Part shown: positions 1 to 8,257 of the stretch, in pieces
Layout: the number at the start of each line of letters is the position of its first letter
Position numbering within the stretch: the stretch's first letter is position 1
From: Bacteroidales bacterium
Lineage (GTDB): Bacteria; Bacteroidota; Bacteroidia; Bacteroidales; WCHB1-69
NCBI GenBank assembly: GCA_016285145.1
Contig: JAEEQE010000011.1
Span: forward strand, 363 to 64,362
Direction: 5' to 3'
DNA: 64,000 nucleotides
Program-made: the position numbers and the translations under genes
The notes under the pieces: generated by a model
The model's input: only the letters and a program-made list of their open reading frames with translations
Database searches by the model: none
Told to the model about the DNA's origin: nothing

Positions 1-715
1 CATTATATTCTTCGACAAGAATAAGCCCGAAGAGCGTAAGAACAAGGTGCTGATGGTGTATGCCGCCAAGAAAGGCTGGTACCGCGAAGAGGCCAACATG
101 AGCGTATTGGAGCCACAGGATGTGTTGCGCATTTCCACTATGCTCGAAAGCTGGGGCGATGTTGAAAAGGCTCAGAAATGGATTGCACAGCAAAAGAACA
201 GGCTTCATAATCAGATTGACGAAGAACTCGTTTTTCAACTGTCTGAGGTAGAGAACGACACGGCGGAAGAGATGGCCAAGATGCGCGACAGATTGGCAAA
301 AGCGGAATCAACCATAAAAGAGAAAGAGGCTTTAGGCAAGAAAACGACGGCAAGTGAGAGAAAAGCAGTGGAAACAGCGCAGAAGGCTTTAGAAAAGCTG
401 ACTTCCGACAAGACTGCCCGCGAAACAGCCTTCCGGGAAAAAGCTGAAAAAATTCGTCAAGCCATTGCCAATGTGGAGACCGAACTGCTACAGATGTTCG
501 CCGACCCCGAACTGCGCAAGCGTTATTTCTCCATTGTGGATATGGACGAGATTGAGGAAAACGAGTTCAACCTCAATATTCCGCGCTATGTGGATACCTT
601 TGAGCCCGAGGAACAGATTGACCTGAAAGAAGCCATTGCCGATTTCCAAAAGGCGATGCAGACGGAATCGGATGTGGAGAAAGAGTTGGAGACACTGTTG
701 AAGAATTTACAATGA
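1..715 (+). CDS. hsdM: Type I restriction-modification methyltransferase subunit M, C-terminal part (5' end outside window)
   Basis: Frame is open from base 2 (IIFFDKNKPEERKNKVLMVYA...). C-terminal motif EIEENEFNLNIPRYVDTFEPEEQIDL is typical of HsdM; hsdS and hsdR lie downstream. Confidence 0.9.
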   Translation, partial: IIFFDKNKPEERKNKVLMVYAAKKGWYREEANMSVLEPQDVLRISTMLESWGDVEKAQKWIAQQKNRLHNQIDEELVFQLSEVENDTAEEMAKMRDRLAKAESTIKEKEALGKKTTASERKAVETAQKALEKLTSDKTARETAFREKAEKIRQAIANVETELLQMFADPELRKRYFSIVDMDEIEENEFNLNIPRYVDTFEPEEQIDLKEAIADFQKAMQTESDVEKELETLLKNLQ

Positions 716-718
716 ACG

Positions 719-2539
719 ATGATGCAGTACGATATACATACTTTACAGTACCAGCCGGAGGGTCAGCAGTTTGACCGCAAGAGTTTTCGTGTTGAACCGA
801 AAGCCTTGGCGGTGATTGCCGTGGCTTTTGCCAATGCTGACGGCGGCGATATCGTAATCGGCATTGAGGATGACGGACGAATCACAGGCGTTAATGGAAA
901 CGAAGACCATTTGAATGAGCTTTTGCGTGTGCCATTTGACTTTTGTATTCCTTCGATCAATGCAGAAGCGCATTTTGTGGATTGTACGGATGATGGTGGA
1001 GATGCCAACCGCGTGTTAGTGATGCATATCGAACCCAGTATGCGCGTTCATGCCAACCAGTCCGACGAAGCTTATTATCGCGTTGGCGACAAGTCGAAAA
1101 AGCTGAACTTTGAGATGCGGATGCAGCTGTTCTATGCCAAAGGGGGACGCTATTTCGAGGACGAACCCGTGTATGGAGCTACGATGGACGACTTGGACCT
1201 TGATTTTGTAAAGCAGTATTGCGACAAGATTGGTTACGCCAAAGATGCCGAGACATACCTTCGCACCAACAAAGATTATGTTACCGCTGTAAACGGAGTG
1301 GATAAAGTTTCCGGGGCAGCTATCTTGCTGTTTGGCAAGGACCCGCAGAAGTTCTTCCAGCGAGCGCGAATCCGAATTGTACGTTATGATGGCGACGAGG
1401 AACGTTTCGGGCGTGAAATGAACGTGGTGAAAGATGTCTGGTTTGAGGGACGCATTGTAGAGATGACCCAAAAAGCCATTGATTTTGTGGATACACAGAT
1501 CAAGGAGTACAGCTTTTTGGGGGAGGATGCCCGATTTGTCACCATTCCCCAATATCCACCGTTCTGCTGGACAGAGCTCATCGTGAATGCCGTGGCCCAC
1601 CGCGACTACAGCATTTTGGGAACCGACATCATGGTGAAAATATTCGACCACCATTATGAGGTTGAAAGTCCGGGCATACTGCCGGGTATGGTGCGCATCG
1701 ACAATATCCGCCAGATGCATTTTTCACGCAATCCCAAGATTGTACAGTTTATGCAGCAGTACAAGTTGGTGAAGGAATTTGGCGAAGGTGTTGACCGTTT
1801 GTTCCGCGAAATGGCCGAGGCGGGAAATCCTGCGCCAATATTTAAGCAGGTGGACTTTATGGTGAAGGTTAGACTTAATTCTGCGTTACGAGAAGACAAT
1901 GTTACCAAAAAAAAGTATCATGATACTTTTTTGGACTCTCAAGAAAGTAACATGAAAAGTAACATGAAAAGTAACATGAAAAGTAACATGAAGAATGAGC
2001 TGCTCATTATCGAAACGATAAAGGCAAATCCATCTACTCCAATTCCCATCTTTCAAAAAATCACTGGATTATCACGAAGTGGTGTATGGAAGATTTTAAA
2101 CAGACTGCGTGAAAAGGGACTTGTCAAGCGTGTAGGCTCCGACAAGGATGGCCGTTGGGAAGTGTGTGAATATGAGTTAAATGCAAAGTCGGGAAGTGGA
2201 CCAAAAAGTACGCGAAATAGCAGGAGTAAAACCACAAAGACAAGCGACAAGCAAGCGATAAATTTAAAAACAGGCGATAAAGCAAGCGACAAACAGGCGA
2301 CAAATTCAAAAACAGGCGACAAAACAAGCGATAAACAGGCGATAATATTAGAATACTTGTCAAAGAACACCGATGTTACAACGAATCAAATGTCTGAGGT
2401 TCTAAAAATAAGCCTGTCGAGAACGCGCTATTATCTAAATTCCATGGTAAAATCCGGGCTAATAGTTGCATACGGTGCAAACAAGAACAGAACCTATAGA
2501 ATTAACAATGAACAATGTACAATTGATAATGAACAATGA
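719..2539 (+). CDS. AlbA_2 (Schlafen-like) + HATPase_c_4 + two C-terminal wHTH domains (RecG-C/'ATP-binding protein' family)
   Basis: EGQQFDRKS...AFANADGGDIVIGIEDDG (AlbA_2); ELIVNAVAHRDY, SPG, SRNPKI, EFGEGV (HATPase_c_4); two HTH-like ends (LSRSGVWKILNRLREKGLVKRVGSDKDGRW; ISLSRTRYYLNSMVKSGLIVAYGANKNRTY). Confidence 0.85.
   Translation: MMQYDIHTLQYQPEGQQFDRKSFRVEPKALAVIAVAFANADGGDIVIGIEDDGRITGVNGNEDHLNELLRVPFDFCIPSINAEAHFVDCTDDGGDANRVLVMHIEPSMRVHANQSDEAYYRVGDKSKKLNFEMRMQLFYAKGGRYFEDEPVYGATMDDLDLDFVKQYCDKIGYAKDAETYLRTNKDYVTAVNGVDKVSGAAILLFGKDPQKFFQRARIRIVRYDGDEERFGREMNVVKDVWFEGRIVEMTQKAIDFVDTQIKEYSFLGEDARFVTIPQYPPFCWTELIVNAVAHRDYSILGTDIMVKIFDHHYEVESPGILPGMVRIDNIRQMHFSRNPKIVQFMQQYKLVKEFGEGVDRLFREMAEAGNPAPIFKQVDFMVKVRLNSALREDNVTKKKYHDTFLDSQESNMKSNMKSNMKSNMKNELLIIETIKANPSTPIPIFQKITGLSRSGVWKILNRLREKGLVKRVGSDKDGRWEVCEYELNAKSGSGPKSTRNSRSKTTKTSDKQAINLKTGDKASDKQATNSKTGDKTSDKQAIILEYLSKNTDVTTNQMSEVLKISLSRTRYYLNSMVKSGLIVAYGANKNRTYRINNEQCTIDNEQ
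1944..1991 (+). repeat. In-frame 12-bp tandem repeat (AAAGTAACATGA)x4 encoding (SNMK)x4
   Basis: Read directly in the sequence. Confidence 0.95.
2240..2344 (+). repeat. Degenerate in-frame 42-bp repeat, about 2.5 copies (TSDKQAINLKTGDK / ASDKQATNSKTGDK / TSDKQAI)
   Basis: Visible in both DNA and protein. Confidence 0.85.
2500..2539 (+). repeat. Degenerate heptamer array (ACAATGA-like) forming the end of the AlbA gene
   Basis: aattaacaatgaacaatgtacaattgataatgaacaatga; an inverted copy lies at 5469-5493. Confidence 0.8.
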
Positions 2540-3822
2540 TGGAGAAACAGACTAAAATAGGAACTATTCCCGAGGGATGGAAAGTGAAGAAACTTAAAGA
2601 GGTTTTTCACATTAATGAATTGTCGTTGCCTTCGAACACGGACGCAAATTATAAGTTCAAGTATATTCCAATTGAATTTGTTTCAACGAATCATATTGAC
2701 TATGGGAATTGTGAAAGCTTTCGTTTTGTAGATGCGCCAGGAAGAGCAAGGCGTATTGTTAGAGAAAATGACATTCTCATTTCTGGTGTAAGACCAAATC
2801 TGAAGTCTTTTGCAGTATTTAAAAAGCCCGATGATAGCAATTGGATTTGTTCTACAGGTTTTTATGTGCTTACGGCAAAGGAAGAAAGTGACAATCTATT
2901 TTCCTATTATGAATTGTTAAGTGAAATCGGTGAAAGTCAATTTTATAGCTATGTGGCAGGTTCTAATTATCCTGCTATAGGAGATGGTGACATTCGCAAT
3001 ATGAAATTGATGTTTCCAAAGGACAAGTCCGAGCAATCCGCCATAGCCGCCATTCTCTCCAAGGTTGACGAGGCGATAGCAACAGTGCAAGCCAGCATAT
3101 CCGCCGCCGAGCGGTTGAAGAAGAGCCTGATGCAGAACCTCCTCACCGGCCGCATGAAACCCGACGGCACGCTTCGCAAAGAGGATGAGTTTTATGTGGA
3201 TGAGAAGTTCGGAAAAGTGCCCGTGGGGTGGGAGGTGAAGAGGATTGATGAGATTGCTGATTTTGTGCAATATGGATTGAATCAAGCTTCATCTGAAACT
3301 GGCAATATCCCAATGTTTCGCATGAATAACATTGTGAATGGTGAAATGCAAAACTATCCTTTGGTCTATGTGAACTTGAATGAAACCGCATTGTGTCAAT
3401 ACAAATTGGAAAAAGGGGATATATTGTTCAACCGTACCAATAGTATGGATCTTGTAGGCAAAGTGGGTGTCTTTAAATTGGACGGAGATTACGTATTTGC
3501 TTCCTATTTGATTAGAATTCGAGTCTCGAAAGATAACAATCCGTATTTTGTCAATTATGCATTGAATTCATATCCAATTCAATGTTCGTTAAGGTCGAAG
3601 GCGACACCAGCTGTAAGTCAAGCAAATATTAATTCTAAAAGTCTTAGGAATACTTCTATCATTATTCCAACGAATAAGAAGGAACAAGACGAAATTGTTT
3701 CTAGAATAAATAATGTTGAAAACGAAATAATTAACAAACAAAACAAAATCGTCGTCCTCGAAAGACTGAAGAAGTCATTGATGCAGAATTTGCTGACGGG
3801 GAAAGTGAGTATTAATAAATAG
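2536..3822 (+). CDS. hsdS: Type I restriction-modification specificity subunit S (two TRDs)
   Basis: IPEGWKVKKL...EQSAIAAILSKVD...LKKSLMQNLLTG is repeated as VPVGWEVKRI...EQDEIVSRI...LKKSLMQNLLTGK. Confidence 0.95.
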   Translation: MMEKQTKIGTIPEGWKVKKLKEVFHINELSLPSNTDANYKFKYIPIEFVSTNHIDYGNCESFRFVDAPGRARRIVRENDILISGVRPNLKSFAVFKKPDDSNWICSTGFYVLTAKEESDNLFSYYELLSEIGESQFYSYVAGSNYPAIGDGDIRNMKLMFPKDKSEQSAIAAILSKVDEAIATVQASISAAERLKKSLMQNLLTGRMKPDGTLRKEDEFYVDEKFGKVPVGWEVKRIDEIADFVQYGLNQASSETGNIPMFRMNNIVNGEMQNYPLVYVNLNETALCQYKLEKGDILFNRTNSMDLVGKVGVFKLDGDYVFASYLIRIRVSKDNNPYFVNYALNSYPIQCSLRSKATPAVSQANINSKSLRNTSIIIPTNKKEQDEIVSRINNVENEIINKQNKIVVLERLKKSLMQNLLTGKVSINK

Positions 3823-3833
3823 TTTAAAATATT

Positions 3834-4028
3834 ATGGGAGACAGTTTTAAAATGAAATGCCCTAATTGTGGCGCATTATTAAAGATTAATGAAACAGGAG
3901 AGTTATTTCCTGGAGGAAAAGAACGGGAAGAAGCTTATTGTCCAAAATGTCATCATGAAGTATATTCGGCAATGACATCCGGATTTGTAAAGGCATTTGA
4001 GATTTCTGAAGATGAGTTTAATGAATAA
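3834..4028 (+). CDS. Small Zn-ribbon protein (CPNC...CPKC), 64 aa, function unknown
   Basis: Two CxxC pairs; 11-nt gaps to hsdS upstream and to the dGTPase downstream. Confidence 0.7.
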   Translation: MGDSFKMKCPNCGALLKINETGELFPGGKEREEAYCPKCHHEVYSAMTSGFVKAFEISEDEFNE

Positions 4029-4039
4029 TCCTAATTGTA

Positions 4040-5392
4040 ATGGCTATGGATAAGTTTGAAACATCTATTATTGAACAGATTTCGAATATATATGAAAAAC
4101 TCCAGAATCCTGAATGTAAGGGTCGTGAATATACTGAAGATAGTGCTGATGGCAGATCCGAATATGCGAGGGATTATGCAAGAATATTATATTCATCGTC
4201 GTTTCGTAGGCTTCAAGGTAAAATGCAGATATTAGGAATTGAAACAACTGCATTTTATAGGAATCGATTGACTCATAGCCTTGAAGTGTCTCAAATTGCA
4301 CGATCTTTGGCGAAAACATTAGCATTGAAATGCGGAAAAGAAAATGAAATGTATTGTGACGAGGAATTATATCTTTTAGATGCGGCAGCATTGGCACATG
4401 ATATTGGACATCCTGCATTTGGACACAAAGGTGAACGGGTGTTAGATGAAATCGCAAGGCTCTACGGTCATAGGTTTGAAGGCAATGCTCAAAATTTTAG
4501 AGTTTTACGTAAACTGGATAGACATGGGTCATCTCCAAAAGGTCTTAACTTGACTCACAGAACATTACTCGCAATCAATAAATATATCATTGATGAAAAT
4601 ATTGAAAAGAAAGGTAATCCCAAAAAGTTCATGTATCATGAAGATTATTGTTTTATGGATGAATTTCGTCAAAAGAATGATATAAAAGATCGAACTCTTG
4701 ATGTCCAAATAATAGAAATTGCCGATGATATTGCTTATGCTGTACATGATTTAGAAGACGGTTTGGCTCAAGGATTGTTTACAATTGACGAGATCACACA
4801 TGAAATCAAGACATTTAAAGACGTAAAGGATAGAATAAAAAAAGAGGATATAGATAGAGCGGCAAATGAGTTTTGGGAGATTGTTAAAGGAATCAAAGAA
4901 GGTCTTGATAATGAAGAAAAGTCAACTACAATACAAGAATACTCACACCTGTTCAGAAAACAATTGACATCGAAATTAACTGACGATTTTGTAAGAAGTA
5001 TTGTATTTGAAAATTACGCAGATATAAATGAGAACGAATTATGCATGGATTCAATGCATAGAGTATTATGCTCCATTTTGTCTAAAATTATATTCAAAGG
5101 AGTAACCCGTAACACATCAATTGCTTTGTATGAATTGAAAGGCGAAATAATTATCAAATCTTTGTTCAATATCTTTGTTGATAAGAATATAAATAAGAAT
5201 TACTTGCTTTTACCACCTGATTACAGACCAAAAGAAAGCGACAGCCAAGAACAGATTGCTAGATGTGTTATTGATTATATTGCTGGTATGATGGATACTT
5301 ATGCGATTTCAGAATTTGAACGTTTAACAGGGGTGTCTTACGATAGTATTGATGTAGCTAAAATTCCAAATGTTAATAGAAAATCCTCATAA
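4040..5392 (+). CDS. dgt: dGTP triphosphohydrolase (HD family), probably defence-type
   Basis: RDYARILYSSSFRRLQGKMQ, RNRLTHSLEV, LAHDIGHPAFGHKGE, FEGNAQNFR, ADDIAYAVHDLEDG, DYIAGMMD; AT-rich and embedded in the RM locus. Confidence 0.92.
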   Translation: MAMDKFETSIIEQISNIYEKLQNPECKGREYTEDSADGRSEYARDYARILYSSSFRRLQGKMQILGIETTAFYRNRLTHSLEVSQIARSLAKTLALKCGKENEMYCDEELYLLDAAALAHDIGHPAFGHKGERVLDEIARLYGHRFEGNAQNFRVLRKLDRHGSSPKGLNLTHRTLLAINKYIIDENIEKKGNPKKFMYHEDYCFMDEFRQKNDIKDRTLDVQIIEIADDIAYAVHDLEDGLAQGLFTIDEITHEIKTFKDVKDRIKKEDIDRAANEFWEIVKGIKEGLDNEEKSTTIQEYSHLFRKQLTSKLTDDFVRSIVFENYADINENELCMDSMHRVLCSILSKIIFKGVTRNTSIALYELKGEIIIKSLFNIFVDKNINKNYLLLPPDYRPKESDSQEQIARCVIDYIAGMMDTYAISEFERLTGVSYDSIDVAKIPNVNRKSS

Positions 5393-5403
5393 CTAAAAAA
5401 TAT

Positions 5404-5463
5404 GTGTCACAACTGCACGAAAACAAGCCCGTAGAATCCAAAGTCACCGAATGGCTCACCCAA
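5404..5463 (+). pseudogene. Vestigial hsdR 5' fragment (20 codons)
   Basis: 5429-5463 matches hsdR 8283-8317 at 34/35 nt; translates GTG-SQLHENKPVESKVTEWLTQ versus MAKLSESKSVESKVTEWLTQ. Confidence 0.8.
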
Positions 5464-5468
5464 ATAAT

Positions 5469-5501
5469 AATTGTACATTGTAAATTGTTAATTGTCAATT
5501 G
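5469..5501 (+). repeat. Degenerate heptamer array (ATTGTnA-like), inverted relative to 2500-2524
   Basis: aattgtacattgtaaattgttaattgtcaattg; its first 25 nt match the reverse complement of 2500-2524 at 23/25. Confidence 0.8.
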
Positions 5502-5503
5502 AA

Positions 5504-6376
5504 ATGAAAACTTCCATCCGCTTTTATAACGATCGCGAGGTGCGGGCTGTGTGGGACGAGAGCCAGAACAAATGGTGGTTCTCGGCTGTTGACATTGTTG
5601 CCGCCATCACCGAAAGCCCCAATCCGAGAAAATATTGGAGCGTGCTCAAAACCCGACTGAGAAAAGCCGGAAACGAGTTGACTACAAAATGTAGCCAACT
5701 CAAAATGACCGCTGCAGATGGTAAAAAATACGCTACCGATTGCTTTTCTCAAGACGATATAACTGAATTGGTGAAACTTATCCCCAGCAAAAAGACTGCC
5801 GATTTCCTCGACTGGTTTACCTACAGCGACAACACCATCGACGGGCAGAGCCGCAAAAAAGCATACGAACTGTGGGAAAGCCATCTAGTGGAGGATAGCG
5901 ACGTGGGCTCCACCAAAGGCCTGCAACAAATCCATGCCTACCTGTTTGGCGGTTTGTACGATTTTGCGGGTCAAATCCGCACCAAGACCATTTCAAAAGG
6001 CGGATTCACATTCTGTGTGGCCCAATACCTGCCCCAAGCCCTGCAAACCATTGACAAAATGCCCGAAACCACCTTTGAAGAAATCGTGGACAAATACGTG
6101 GAAATGAACGTGGCGCACCCCTTTATGGAAGGCAACGGTCGCTCAACGCGCATCTGGCTCGACATGATCCTGAAAAAACGGCTGAAAAGTTGCATTGATT
6201 GGAGCAAGATCAACAAGAACGACTATCTCCATGCTATGGAACTAAGCGCCGCCGACACCACTCTCATCCGTCAGTTGTTAACCGGAGCCCTTACCGACAA
6301 GATTGACGACCGAGAATTGTTTATGAAAGGGATTGATTATTCATATTATTACGAGGAAACAAATCGAATAGAATGA
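5504..6376 (+). CDS. fic: BroN-domain/Fic protein adenylyltransferase (class III-like)
   Basis: Fic motif HPFMEGNGRSTR; C-terminal GIDYSYYYEE resembles the class III inhibitory helix; N-terminal VRAVWDE..KWWFSAVDIV...PRKYWSVLK is Bro-N-like. ATG at 5504 preferred over TTG at 5492. Confidence 0.88.
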   Translation: MKTSIRFYNDREVRAVWDESQNKWWFSAVDIVAAITESPNPRKYWSVLKTRLRKAGNELTTKCSQLKMTAADGKKYATDCFSQDDITELVKLIPSKKTADFLDWFTYSDNTIDGQSRKKAYELWESHLVEDSDVGSTKGLQQIHAYLFGGLYDFAGQIRTKTISKGGFTFCVAQYLPQALQTIDKMPETTFEEIVDKYVEMNVAHPFMEGNGRSTRIWLDMILKKRLKSCIDWSKINKNDYLHAMELSAADTTLIRQLLTGALTDKIDDRELFMKGIDYSYYYEETNRIE

Positions 6377-6402
6377 TTATTTTTGCAGAACAAACATAGC
6401 CT

Positions 6403-8052
6403 ATGACTATCGAAGATATAAGGAACAAATTTGAAGAACTCCGTTCGACTTCGGAGAATGAAACGGTTGAGTTCAAGGAGGCCAAGGAAAACTTTGATTT
6501 CAATACACTTGGCAAGTATTTCTCCGCTTTGAGCAACGAGGCCAATCTGCAAGGTGTGCGTTGCGGTTGGCTTGTGTTCGGGGTTCACGACAAGAAGCGA
6601 GGAGTGGTCGGAACCTCCTACAGAAACGACCCAAAGAAACTGCAATCGCTGAAACACGAAATTGCCCAAAAAACAACGGGAAATCTTACGTTTTCAAATG
6701 TTTTTGAATTAGAAGTGGAAGGCAAACGTGTTCTTTTGTTTGAGATACCCGCCGCACCGCAAGGCGTTCCGATTGCTTTTGACGGACATTTCTATGGGCG
6801 AGATGGAGAGAGTTTGGTTGCCCTCAACCTGCAAGAGATGGAAACCATACGGAACCAGAGATCATTTGACTGGTCGGCTCAAGTTGCAGAAGGTGCTACC
6901 ATGGATGATTTGGACAGCGAGGCATTGAACAAAGCCCGGTTTGAGTTCAGAAAGAAAAACCCCGACATTGCCGATGAAATCAACCACTGGAGCGATGCAA
7001 CTTTCTTGAACAAGGCAAGACTGACAGTCAACGGCAAGATTACCAATGCAGCCCTCATCCTTTTAGGGACACCCGAATCGGCAGTCCGTCTTATGCCTGC
7101 AATTGCACAAATGACTTGGATTTTGAAAGATGAAGATGGTATAGAAGTGGACTACAAGCACTTTTATCCGCCTTTCCTGATGTCGGTGGACAAGTTGCTC
7201 TCCCAAATCAGGAATATCACTTTCCGCTATCTTCCTGACAACACTTTGTTTCCGGACGAAGTGATGAAATACGACAATTATGTCATCCGAGAGGCTTTGC
7301 ACAATTGCATAGCCCATCAGGATTATTCGCTGAGTGAACGAATCAATGTGGTGGAAACCCCAGATTCATTGTTGTTTTCGAATGGAGGTGCCTTTATTCC
7401 ACAAACTATTGAAAATGTGATAGAAAAGGATGCTCCGCAAAGGTATTACCGCAACACCTTTCTATGTGTTGCAATGGTCAATTTGAACATGATTGACACC
7501 ATAGGAAGCGGCATTAAAAGAATGTTTGTCTGTCAAAGGAAACGTCTTTTCCCATTGCCAGATTATACTATAACAGAAAAAGAGGTTTCAGTAACTATCT
7601 ATGGCAAAGTTATTAACGAAAAGTATGTCAAGCTGTTGAAGGAAGACGAAAATCTTACACTTGCACACATTATTGCTTTGGATAAGGTTCAGAAACAACA
7701 GCCGATTGATGCTAAGATGGCAAAACTGTTGAAGTCAAAGACGTTGATTGACGGAAGGAAGGGAAATTACTTTTTGTCGGAAACAGCATCAGCACAAGTG
7801 GGAGAAATGGTAGAATATGTTCAGAACAAGGCTTTCAACAAGAAATATTACATTGATTTGTCATACGAACTCATTAAGAAGCAAAATGCAAAAGGAACAA
7901 CCAGAAAAGAGATAGATTCTCTTATCATTCCAAAATTGTCTAAGATCTTGAATGATGATCAAAAACGAAACTTTGTTAGAAATATGCTTCATCAAATGGT
8001 TGTAGAAGAGATGATTGTATCCAAAGAAAGACGGTATTATTTAAAGACATAG
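6403..8052 (+). CDS. AlbA_2 (Schlafen-like) + HATPase_c_4 + wHTH protein
   Basis: ENETVEFKEAK...YFSALSNEANL...WLVFGVHD; REALHNCIAHQDY; YRNTFL...MIDTIGSGI. Confidence 0.85.
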   Translation: MTIEDIRNKFEELRSTSENETVEFKEAKENFDFNTLGKYFSALSNEANLQGVRCGWLVFGVHDKKRGVVGTSYRNDPKKLQSLKHEIAQKTTGNLTFSNVFELEVEGKRVLLFEIPAAPQGVPIAFDGHFYGRDGESLVALNLQEMETIRNQRSFDWSAQVAEGATMDDLDSEALNKARFEFRKKNPDIADEINHWSDATFLNKARLTVNGKITNAALILLGTPESAVRLMPAIAQMTWILKDEDGIEVDYKHFYPPFLMSVDKLLSQIRNITFRYLPDNTLFPDEVMKYDNYVIREALHNCIAHQDYSLSERINVVETPDSLLFSNGGAFIPQTIENVIEKDAPQRYYRNTFLCVAMVNLNMIDTIGSGIKRMFVCQRKRLFPLPDYTITEKEVSVTIYGKVINEKYVKLLKEDENLTLAHIIALDKVQKQQPIDAKMAKLLKSKTLIDGRKGNYFLSETASAQVGEMVEYVQNKAFNKKYYIDLSYELIKKQNAKGTTRKEIDSLIIPKLSKILNDDQKRNFVRNMLHQMVVEEMIVSKERRYYLKT

Positions 8053-8206
8053 CAGACGTTTTCCAGACGTTTTCCAGATGTTTTCCAGATGTTTTCCAGA
8101 TGTTTTCCTAATGTTTTCCTAATGTTTTCCTAATGTTTTCCAGACGATTTCTAGACGATTTCTAGACGATTTCTAGACGATTTCTAGACGATTTTTAAAC
8201 GTTTTC
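8053..8206 (+). repeat. Tandem array of 14 x 11-bp units (CAGACGTTTTC / CAGATGTTTTC / CTAATGTTTTC / TAGACGATTTC variants)
   Basis: Counted directly; begins at the base after the AlbA stop codon. Confidence 0.95.
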
Positions 8207-8257
8207 TATTGTAATAATTTGATATTCAAAGAAATATAATAATACGTTTTTTTTGAT

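Noticed and set aside
8053-8206. Possible CRISPR array
   Set aside because: Contiguous 11-bp units with no unique spacers, and no cas genes nearby.
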